Below are positions 51,848 to 59,182 of a DNA stretch of 64,000 bases, one piece after another (positions within the stretch are counted from its first letter, which is position 1; each line of letters starts with the position of its first letter). This DNA is from Patescibacteria group bacterium. GTDB taxonomy: Bacteria > Patescibacteriota > Patescibacteriia > JBAZBY01. The notes under the pieces are model-generated. The model was not told the origin of the DNA. It saw nothing but the letters and a program-made list of their open reading frames with translations, and did not search any database. Both the position numbers and the translations under genes were made by a program. The stretch is taken from contig JBAZBY010000001.1 in NCBI GenBank assembly GCA_041671225.1, positions 897,130 to 961,129 of the forward strand. The letters are read 5' to 3'.

Positions 51848-52612
51848 CTATGTCCATTGTGCGGTTGAAAGTGTTATGAGTACACCGACAAACGCGATGA
51901 TTAGATACCTACGCGCAACAGATGCTTCAAGTCGATCAAGCAAATGCTGGCGCGCAAGATTGGTAACGGCGTAATACATGAGTGTTATAAGGGCCCCCGC
52001 AACAAAAAAATTCGTCGGGAGCCAAAAGACAGTCCACAGGAGTTGCACCAGCATGAGTGGGAGAATAAAGAGGTAGGCTATGTTTTCTCGGAGTGAAAGT
52101 TTATTAACCCACAACATTTGCAGTACAAAAAGAAAGAATGCGGCCGCACCAAAAGCGAGCAGTGCATATTGCGAAATCCGAATATAGAGTAAAAGGGATG
52201 CAAGCGTTGAGCTGAGAAAAAAAACAGAAATGAGATTTGCATACGTCGAAATGTTCTCAATCGCATGCGGCTGATACCGCTCATCATGATGAGCAAACAA
52301 AAGAAGATTCTGAAAAAACCAGAACAACAATACGGCCACAGCAACAAGAACCAAAGTTGTCCAAATGGAATTCGCAAGAATACCCACAAAAAGGATCGCA
52401 GAAAAAGCGAGCATGAGTGGTGCAAGTATGAGAAGCCAATAACTGCTGCTGCGCAGATCATCACGAATCACTACTTGTCCAATTCCTAAAAGAAGCACCA
52501 AAAAAAGTACCGGGAGCCACTCCAGCGAATGTGGCTGTTGGATAAAAAATCGCGCACACAAAAAAAATCCGAGCGCAATAAGAAACGGGGTTGTGCGAAC
52601 AAAGAGCGACAT
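51848..52612 (-). CDS. Multi-TM hypothetical membrane protein
   Basis: About 8 hydrophobic segments, 'FWLPT' and a C-terminal 'TAQW'. Confidence 0.75.
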   Translation of the reverse strand: MSLFVRTTPFLIALGFFLCARFFIQQPHSLEWLPVLFLVLLLGIGQVVIRDDLRSSSYWLLILAPLMLAFSAILFVGILANSIWTTLVLVAVAVLLFWFFQNLLLFAHHDERYQPHAIENISTYANLISVFFLSSTLASLLLYIRISQYALLAFGAAAFFLFVLQMLWVNKLSLRENIAYLFILPLMLVQLLWTVFWLPTNFFVAGALITLMYYAVTNLARQHLLDRLEASVARRYLIIAFVGVLITLSTAQWT

Positions 52613-52613
52613 A

Positions 52614-53708
52614 CTATGGTGCACTCAAATTACCAGAACCAACTGGGTTAAAATTATTCTTTACTTCCTGGCCATCAGTGAATCCATCACCATCGGTATC
52701 AGGATCCAGCGGATCGCTGCCATAGACAATGACTTCCTGATAATCGGCAAGATCATCACGATCCGTATCCGCAACAAGTGGGTTCGTACCCAAGGCCTCT
52801 TCTTGTGCGTCAGGTAATCCATCACGATCCGTATCAATTGTTGGGCTGATATTTGTGTTTGCGTTGAGATTGCCATTGGCATTCGTGTTCACATCGGTAT
52901 TCGTATTGCTATTTGTATTTGATGAAAGCAGTGCAAACGTGCTCAACATGCCATTTTCAAGCATGGCGCCGCCGGTTTGAAAAACATAACGCATGCGTCC
53001 ATTAGTGAACGCAAGAAATGTACCTTCATCTGACTGCGTGTCAATGCCAATAGTTGCGAAGCCGGCGATACGCAGTGCGCTGGTATCAATGATGATTGCA
53101 TCCTGGTTCGTCACAAGAAGTAAATTCTGCCACTCTGTGAGGCTCTGGCTTGTCTGCACGGCACTAATTGCTTCGGGAACCACACTCTCTATACCGGTAG
53201 TAAAAACAACTTCATCCTCTGTTGAACGAGCCCGGTCAACCTTCCAGGTCGGAGGATAATCAACAGAAAAACCCAGTACACTGCTTGAATACGTGATCCA
53301 ACCTGCCGTGCTGTTCGTGTTGCCATTCACTCCGCTATTCGTGTTGCTGTTTGCATTCGTGTTCACCGATATGTTGGTGTTCTCTGCAATAGTATTCGTT
53401 GTTTCATTGCTACGAAAAGGGTTTGCAAAAAGCAAAATAACGAGCATTCCCCCTACAAGAATGACTGCTGCTGCGATGAGAAAAACCATAAAACGTCCGG
53501 GAGAGTGCTCATCTTCCAATGCGTCTAACCCTGCACGCTTGAGTGCATCAAGTGTCTCAGGCGGAATTTCTTTTTCCCCCTGTGTTTGTATGCTTGGCAG
53601 CTGTACATCCGCCTTCTTCGGTCTTAAGCCAGATGGCGGTATTCCCTGCGTCTGCTGCTGTGGCTGCACAGCCTTTTTTTCTTCTTCTTTTTGAACACCT
53701 TCAAACAT
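52614..53708 (-). CDS. Membrane-anchored surface protein with Asn/Thr-rich linkers, a PsbP-like domain and TSP3-like Ca-binding repeats
   Basis: TM, NTN-rich tracts, 'WITY...GFSVDYPPTW' and three DTDxD repeats with NP/DP motifs. Confidence 0.8.
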   Translation of the reverse strand: MFEGVQKEEEKKAVQPQQQTQGIPPSGLRPKKADVQLPSIQTQGEKEIPPETLDALKRAGLDALEDEHSPGRFMVFLIAAAVILVGGMLVILLFANPFRSNETTNTIAENTNISVNTNANSNTNSGVNGNTNSTAGWITYSSSVLGFSVDYPPTWKVDRARSTEDEVVFTTGIESVVPEAISAVQTSQSLTEWQNLLLVTNQDAIIIDTSALRIAGFATIGIDTQSDEGTFLAFTNGRMRYVFQTGGAMLENGMLSTFALLSSNTNSNTNTDVNTNANGNLNANTNISPTIDTDRDGLPDAQEEALGTNPLVADTDRDDLADYQEVIVYGSDPLDPDTDGDGFTDGQEVKNNFNPVGSGNLSAP

Positions 53709-53750
53709 ACTCGCTGTTGCTAGTATACCATATTGAGCAAAAATCCGCAG

Positions 53751-54695
53751 TTAGAGTTCTATTTCCTGCTCTTCAGTGAAATGAAAGTAATCTGTTCCGT
53801 ATAAGGCAACAAAAAGCGCGATCAGACCGGCAACAATATGGCCAATCAGTTCATTGACGCCGAGCAGCGAGAAGGTAAGGGTAAAAAGTCCCAGAACGGC
53901 AAGGCCGGCGAAGCGCGGAAAGATATTCAAAATAAACAACAAACCAATGAATGCTTCACTAACCCCGGCGAGATACACAAAAGCTGCATCAGAAATGCCA
54001 AACTGCGCAACAAAGTTCCAGTCATGTGTTTGTAAAAATGCGAGCGCTATACCCGGTTCCACGAGTTTCTCTTGAAACGCCGCGACCAAAAGTGCCACGC
54101 CAAGACCAATACGGACATAACGCATGGCAAAACGCAAAAGAAACTTCCCCTGCGCATAGGAAAGTAAAAACGCAAGCGCGAGCCCGATATATTCTGCATG
54201 TGCCAACAGTGTCACAACTCCAAAGCGAAACCAAAGGAGGATTAATGCGATGAGGAGCGATACCGCAGCATAACGCTTGAATACCAGCACAATAAACCCA
54301 AGCCCCGCGATAAGCATGAAAATGCGGATCAGCTCATCAAGCCCGGTTGTCGCAACAAGGTCAGGAGAAAAAAGTTCACCCCGCGAAGCAAAAAGAAGAA
54401 GCGCCACACCTGAACCAATGGAAAGAATATTTTTTGCGAGACCGACAAAAGGCATGACCTGCAAATGCAATACCTTCACGGGTGTCCCCCCGACGGGCCG
54501 TGCAGAAAGATTGCGCAAGAATATCAAAAGAACCGCCGCGACCACTGCTCCACCCCAGAGCACATAATGCGCCGAGCCATCTGTTGCAATCGGCTCCTCT
54601 ACAAACCAGAGCGCATGCGCAAAAACCGCCTGCGGAATAACGAATGCCCCAAAAATAAGGAACGCGCTAAATATGTTCTTCGAGATCCTCGGCAT
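53751..54695 (-). CDS. DoxX-like multi-TM membrane protein
   Basis: 'AHALWF', 'RIGLG...EKL..P', 'AGVSEAFIG' and 'ELIGH'. Confidence 0.65.
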   Translation of the reverse strand: MPRISKNIFSAFLIFGAFVIPQAVFAHALWFVEEPIATDGSAHYVLWGGAVVAAVLLIFLRNLSARPVGGTPVKVLHLQVMPFVGLAKNILSIGSGVALLLFASRGELFSPDLVATTGLDELIRIFMLIAGLGFIVLVFKRYAAVSLLIALILLWFRFGVVTLLAHAEYIGLALAFLLSYAQGKFLLRFAMRYVRIGLGVALLVAAFQEKLVEPGIALAFLQTHDWNFVAQFGISDAAFVYLAGVSEAFIGLLFILNIFPRFAGLAVLGLFTLTFSLLGVNELIGHIVAGLIALFVALYGTDYFHFTEEQEIEL

Positions 54696-54882
54696 CCTTT
54701 TTCATGTTCTCAATCTTATTCTCAACATTTTTCAGCTGCGCCTTGAGTTCTTTTGAGAGCGCCAGGCCACGCTCGAACTTTTTGAGTCCTGCGTCAAGAT
54801 CTTCCTCTTCCTCAAGTTCACTCACAATGCGTTCGAGCTCTTCAAATTGGTCAGTAAAGGTCTTTGATTTTTTTGATGGCAT
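54667..54882 (-). CDS. xseB: Exodeoxyribonuclease VII small subunit
   Basis: 'FEELERIVSELE..DLDAGLKKFERGLAL'; follows xseA. ATG 54882. Confidence 0.9.
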   Translation of the reverse strand: MPSKKSKTFTDQFEELERIVSELEEEEDLDAGLKKFERGLALSKELKAQLKNVENKIENMKKDAEDLEEHI

Positions 54883-54886
54883 ACGT

Positions 54887-56125
54887 TTATTCAACTGTTG
54901 ATTCAATCGTCCCATCACTGAGGCGTGTCGTGAGATGACTGCCCCGTGAAACACGTGTGGTGCTTTTCAGTATAGTGCGTTTTCCCTTTTCTGTCAGATA
55001 GGTAATGGAATACCCCCGTTTGACGATCGCATCAGGTGAAAGATGCACGAGCGCTGCTTTGTGTTGCCGCAATGCTGCGCCGTATCGCTCCACAAGGCGT
55101 TGGAGTGCCTGCTGCATGCGGCCCGCGCTTGCCACAACTCCCTCGCTCGCGAAGACGGCTCGTTCTCCAAGATTACGCCACGCATAACGCAAGCCGGTTT
55201 CTGCGCTGCGCAGACGCTCAAATGGCCGCGAAAGAAGCTGTGCAAGTGCTTGTAGCATACTATGCAAACGTTGTGCCGTGCGTTGCGTCGTCCGCTCCAT
55301 TGCATGCGCAAGCTGATGCTGCTCGGCAATAAGATTGCCAAGTATTTCGCGGCGGCTCAACACAACGAGCTCTGCAGCATTCGATGGAGTTGCCGCGCGA
55401 ACATCCGCAACATAATCTGCAATGGTCACATCGCGCTCATGGCCCACGCCAACGACAACGGGAACTTTGGACGCAAAAATAGCGCGCGCAACTTCCTCTG
55501 CATTGAATGACTGCAAATCCTCCATGGATCCGCCGCCGCGCGTGAGGATGATGACATCAAGATCTGTACGCGCTCCTGCTGCGGTAAGCGCTGAAGCTAC
55601 CTGGCGAACAGAACCGGCTCCCTGGACTTGTGCAGGATAAAATGAAATCGCGAGCCCGCCAAAACGATTCTCTAAGACGCGCAAGACATCGGTATACGCC
55701 GCAGCATCTGGAGAAGTAATGAGTCCGATATGAAATGGGAAACGCGGTAATTGCTGCTTATGCTCTGGTGCAAACAATCCTTCCTGCTGAAGTTTTTTCT
55801 GCAGTAAAAGAAAAGCCTTGCGAAGCGCGCCTTCCCCCACCAGTTCAATTTCTGAAACGCGCATATGAAAACCACCATTCTTTTTGAACAAGGATGGTAC
55901 GCCAAGGACGCGAATCTCCATGCCATCTTCTAATGGTTGTGTAAGTTCATTCCGCAACATGAAGCAGCGCAAGCGGCTTTTTTCATCCTTAATATCAAAA
56001 AAGACCAGGCTCTGATTACTTGGCCGAAAATCAACAACTTCACCCTGCACCACCACCTCGCCAAAGCGCTCAGCAAGCTCTGCGCGAACAAGGTCAACAA
56101 AATCAGAAACAGAATATGTTGTCAT
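54887..56125 (-). CDS. xseA: Exodeoxyribonuclease VII large subunit
   Basis: VQGEV, RGGGSMEDLQSFN, GVGHERD, RAATPSNAAE and KRGYS motifs. Confidence 0.96.
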   Translation of the reverse strand: MTTYSVSDFVDLVRAELAERFGEVVVQGEVVDFRPSNQSLVFFDIKDEKSRLRCFMLRNELTQPLEDGMEIRVLGVPSLFKKNGGFHMRVSEIELVGEGALRKAFLLLQKKLQQEGLFAPEHKQQLPRFPFHIGLITSPDAAAYTDVLRVLENRFGGLAISFYPAQVQGAGSVRQVASALTAAGARTDLDVIILTRGGGSMEDLQSFNAEEVARAIFASKVPVVVGVGHERDVTIADYVADVRAATPSNAAELVVLSRREILGNLIAEQHQLAHAMERTTQRTAQRLHSMLQALAQLLSRPFERLRSAETGLRYAWRNLGERAVFASEGVVASAGRMQQALQRLVERYGAALRQHKAALVHLSPDAIVKRGYSITYLTEKGKRTILKSTTRVSRGSHLTTRLSDGTIESTVE

Positions 56126-56796
56126 GACCTGCGAGAGTGTTTGATTTCATTCACGCGCGTACGACTCATGCGACGTGCCTTCCTTATGGGTTGTTTTCTT
56201 TTACGCCTCTTCTCTAACTCTCGTGTGAACCACGCATCACTCTTCTTGAGGATGACTGCGACCTTTTCAACAAGCTTGACGGGATGCTTATCATAGACGA
56301 TCATCTTGTCGCCGCGCTCCGCCACTTCAATAATATCATCCATAAGTTCTGAGGTGCCACCGGATTCCTGCAAAACGCCAATCACGCGATGATCCTCAAA
56401 GCTATTGGTAAACTCGTTGAGGGTCCCGATGCGGCCACAAATGAAAATCACCGCATCAGCGGATCGTGTCAAGAGAAGATTCCTTCCAGAATAACCAAAA
56501 CCAGTATAGAAGATGATATCCTGCCACTTTGTGGGCAGTTTATACTTCTTCACATGTTCTTTCTTCGAAATGGCTGGAGAAAGACCGATAGAAACGCCAC
56601 CAAAATCCTTCGCACCATGACATGCATGCAAAGGGATGCCAGTTGTGGCGCCACTCAAAAGAACAAAGTCTCTCTTTGCAATCTCCTTCCCCACCTCATA
56701 TGCCAATTTGGGAGCCTTGCTGCCGCAGTTGTTCACTGCAGAACCAGAAACCGCTACCTTAAAAATTGTGGGGTGTCGTGGATGTTTTTTTACCAT
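56122..56796 (-). CDS. LOG/SLOG family protein (TIGR00725-like)
   Basis: VAVSGS, SGATTG, TGFGYSGRN and GRIGTLNE motifs. ATG 56796. Confidence 0.82.
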   Translation of the reverse strand: MVKKHPRHPTIFKVAVSGSAVNNCGSKAPKLAYEVGKEIAKRDFVLLSGATTGIPLHACHGAKDFGGVSIGLSPAISKKEHVKKYKLPTKWQDIIFYTGFGYSGRNLLLTRSADAVIFICGRIGTLNEFTNSFEDHRVIGVLQESGGTSELMDDIIEVAERGDKMIVYDKHPVKLVEKVAVILKKSDAWFTRELEKRRKRKQPIRKARRMSRTRVNEIKHSRRS

Positions 56797-56803
56797 ACAA
56801 TAC

Positions 56804-56832
56804 AGTATAGCGATATTTGCACTTGTTCTCAA
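56804..56832 (-). promoter_or_regulatory. sigma70-type promoter of the LOG-xseAB unit, probably leaderless
   Basis: Minus strand TTGAGA (56832-56827), 17 nt, TATACT (56809-56804), then 7 nt to ATG 56796. Confidence 0.65.
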
Positions 56833-56842
56833 CTTTTGAAGA

Positions 56843-56870
56843 CAAAAAAACAGCGCAACCAAGCCCTGTC
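56843..56870 (-). terminator. Probable intrinsic terminator after the small zinc-finger gene
   Basis: Minus strand ACAGGGC-TTGGTT-GCGCTGT stem (one mismatch) running into a T7 tract. Confidence 0.5.
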
Positions 56871-56919
56871 CATTTTCTCTATGAATGGCAATGTTTCCCT
56901 TGTCGCCGCCGCCCCGGAA

Positions 56920-57090
56920 CTACCTCATGCGCTCACGCGCAAAATAGAGCTCTGTGCATGTCACACAAAGCCGTCCACGAACCGTACTGCGTCCGCACAG
57001 GGTGCAGTAACGCTTGCGTGGGCGTAGAACCGCGAAGTTGCGAATCTCGCGGCGATCAAGAGCCTCGAGTATCTCGCTTCTCTGCTTCAT
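56920..57090 (-). CDS. 56-aa basic Cys4 zinc-finger protein
   Basis: ATG 57090 is preceded by AAGGAGG. Sequence MKQRSEILEALDRREIRNFAVLRPRKRYCTLCGRSTVRGRLCVTCTELYFARERMR (C-x2-C-x9-C-x2-C). Confidence 0.65.
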   Translation of the reverse strand: MKQRSEILEALDRREIRNFAVLRPRKRYCTLCGRSTVRGRLCVTCTELYFARERMR

Positions 57091-57140
57091 GGTTCCTTTC
57101 CTCCTTGCCCCGCAAACCTTTAACGGGGCTATACAAATGA

Positions 57141-57300
57141 TCAAAATGATCGCATGTCCGGGAAGATACTCGGAAAATGTTGTTCGACACGAATAAGCCG
57201 CGTTATGTTTCCCTCCTTGCTCCGGAATCATACCATGGCCCGATGTGATGATTTGTTGCCGTTTCTATGATCCGAAATTCCCGGACATGCCATCATTCGA
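57141..57300 (-). ncRNA. Putative structured RNA, 6S-RNA-like rod
   Basis: A 13-bp perfect closing stem (57152-57164 with 57278-57290) that extends on both sides, an A/C-rich central bubble and an apical stem-loop. G-U pairs favour the minus strand. Confidence 0.5.
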
Positions 57301-57432
57301 TACAATAAGAAGCCACCTGCACGATGATGGGCGTCAATTGTCAAGGGACAGTGACCCGCGCGAGTGGTTCTTGTTTCACTTCTATTTACTTGTGAATGCA
57401 ACTGCTGCCTGTAACCTTCACTTTGCATCTCA

Positions 57433-57461
57433 AGAATAATCCTCAAAGGTACATCTGTCAA
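57433..57461 (-). promoter_or_regulatory. sigma70-type promoter upstream of the structured RNA / zinc-finger unit
   Basis: Minus strand TTGACA (57461-57456), 17 nt, TATTCT (57438-57433). Confidence 0.65.
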
Positions 57462-57503
57462 GATGCCGGCGTGTACAAACGTGCGGAAAAAAAATGAAAA
57501 TCG

Positions 57504-58103
57504 CTATTGCTGGCGTTTTTTTAGCCACGCTCGAAATTGCTCGTCACGAGTAATATCACGATCAAGAAGCTCGCGAAGAATATCGGCCTTTCGCTTCTTA
57601 CTCCCGCGTGTTGCGTATTCCAAATAACGCTCTTCAGTGCGCGTCAAACGCAACGTGAACTTGATATCCGGCGTCTCACGAATCGTCACCTTTGCGAGTT
57701 GCCCAAGAAATTTTTCAATGATGCCGTGCAACATCTCCGGTGTGTACCATACCAGTGTAATATGTTTTGGAAGCTTATTCATGGTCAATGTTGCAAGATG
57801 CGCCGAATCAGATCCTTTTGCAATAAGAAGAAGGAGCGGCAATTTTTGTGTAAGCGCAAACGCGAGAAGATATCCAAGTTGTGAGTCCGATATGCTGGCC
57901 TCCAAAACAAGTGCATGCATCGCTTCTAAAAGTGTTGCTCCACGAGATTCGATCTCCTGTGCGCTTTCCGTTCCAAGATCAACGCGATCACCACGATTGG
58001 AGGAAAGGTTCACCTCCGCGCGTTTTAACAAAGCAAGAATTTCCTGCACAGATTCTTCCTGTGCAGTGGGAAGTTGTTCTGGAGCAAAGAAATAGAGGTT
58101 CAT
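57504..58103 (-). CDS. Putative regulator: nucleoside-deoxyribosyltransferase-like N-terminal domain plus C-terminal ribbon-helix-helix
   Basis: 'ALVLEAS..DSQLGYLLAFAL..KLPLLLL' resembles the NDT fold; 'IKFTLRL..TEERYLE.....KKRKADILRELL' resembles RHH. ATG 58103 overlaps the upstream stop. Confidence 0.65.
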   Translation of the reverse strand: MNLYFFAPEQLPTAQEESVQEILALLKRAEVNLSSNRGDRVDLGTESAQEIESRGATLLEAMHALVLEASISDSQLGYLLAFALTQKLPLLLLIAKGSDSAHLATLTMNKLPKHITLVWYTPEMLHGIIEKFLGQLAKVTIRETPDIKFTLRLTRTEERYLEYATRGSKKRKADILRELLDRDITRDEQFRAWLKKRQQ

Positions 58104-59122
58104 GCGCTTCCTTTCTTGATGAGTTCGCCGGTTACATTTTTTGTCAACAAACGTGCCGCCTTCTGAGGGTCTGTATGCTGTGCCAGCACCCACATCGTCT
58201 TTACTACCGCCATGGATCGCGTCATGTTGCCTGCAAAAATAACGCCAGGCGGAAGCACGGGCTGAGAAGATCCGCCATGAAATACGACGAGTTTTTCCTT
58301 TGCAAGAAGTGTCAGATCTGCGACACTCGCGGGATCCAATGGTTGTTCGCCGTCCATGTGCAATACAACGGCCTTCGTCTTTGGCGCGATGGCGGTTTGT
58401 AATCCAAGGGCTAACGATGGCTGAAACCCGAGCGATTGCACCTGCTCTTCAAGGCCTATCTTAAACACCGGCTTCTTTGTTGAACGCCGCGGACCACGCT
58501 GCGTGGTAAGGCGCAAACCAAAATCCACACCTCCATACGTATGATCACCAATGGTCGTGAAAGGATTCATTGCTTCATGCGTACTGCGGTCCACATGCAG
58601 GCCGGACATCAATCGATTACCAAACATGAACAACACCCCGCGAATATCCGAGACGGCAATATGCAGTGCATTGAGAAGATTTGCCTTCACGCCCAGACCA
58701 TGATACTGCGAGAAAACAGGTAAAAATGTTGCCGTGGTTCCTGTGCCGTGAAGCGCGTATGGCGAACTCGTAAAAATAATCGGCTTCCCCGGCTGCTGAA
58801 TCATTAAACTGATCGCCGCAATGGCATACTCAATATTTTGCAAATGATGCACAATAACGATTCCATCATACTCGTCATAGAGCTCTTTAATGCTCTCCGC
58901 GAGTGCAACAAATTCTTTTGGCCCAACACGAACGTCGTTTTCTCCAAATAAAAAATACGGCTCAAAATCCGCGACCATACGCAGTTCTTGCACCTGCTTC
59001 ACCCAAAGCGGAACATCCGTGGCCTTTTCAATCACGTTTCCTTTGCTTGGTCTATTGGTAAGCGCGGTGCCACCTGCAAGCAGTAGTGCAACGCGTCCCA
59101 TTATTTTTTCTGCCTTCTGCAC
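58100..59122 (-). CDS. L-asparaginase-fold protein with a degenerate active site
   Basis: 'LLLAGGT', 'YDEYDGIVIVH', 'KPIIFTSS', 'ANLLNAL' and C-terminal 'MTRSMAVVKTMWVL'. Start is GTG 59122 or ATG 59101. Confidence 0.78.
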   Translation of the reverse strand: MQKAEKIMGRVALLLAGGTALTNRPSKGNVIEKATDVPLWVKQVQELRMVADFEPYFLFGENDVRVGPKEFVALAESIKELYDEYDGIVIVHHLQNIEYAIAAISLMIQQPGKPIIFTSSPYALHGTGTTATFLPVFSQYHGLGVKANLLNALHIAVSDIRGVLFMFGNRLMSGLHVDRSTHEAMNPFTTIGDHTYGGVDFGLRLTTQRGPRRSTKKPVFKIGLEEQVQSLGFQPSLALGLQTAIAPKTKAVVLHMDGEQPLDPASVADLTLLAKEKLVVFHGGSSQPVLPPGVIFAGNMTRSMAVVKTMWVLAQHTDPQKAARLLTKNVTGELIKKGSA

Positions 59123-59153
59123 GACGGCGCTTCAATAATAAGACGGCGCCGTT

Positions 59154-59182
59154 ATTCTACTGCGCGCACTCACGGTGGTCAA
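59154..59182 (-). promoter_or_regulatory. sigma70-type promoter of the asparaginase-like/RHH operon
   Basis: Minus strand TTGACC (59182-59177), 17 nt, TAGAAT (59159-59154). Confidence 0.65.

Noticed and set aside
57193-57225. RNase P RNA-like words (CCGGAGCAAG, ACATAACGCGGCTTAT) in the structured region
   Set aside because: The universally conserved GAGGAAAGTCC P4 5' strand is missing and the spacing is too short; an Rfam scan should still be run.
57228-57461. 77-aa minus-strand ORF (and the 64-aa plus-strand ORF 57245..57439) in the structured region
   Set aside because: The minus-strand ORF's TTG start is the predicted -35 box, it has no RBS or motifs, and extensive base-pairing explains the sequence better. 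A leaderless peptide from ATG 57428 cannot be fully excluded.
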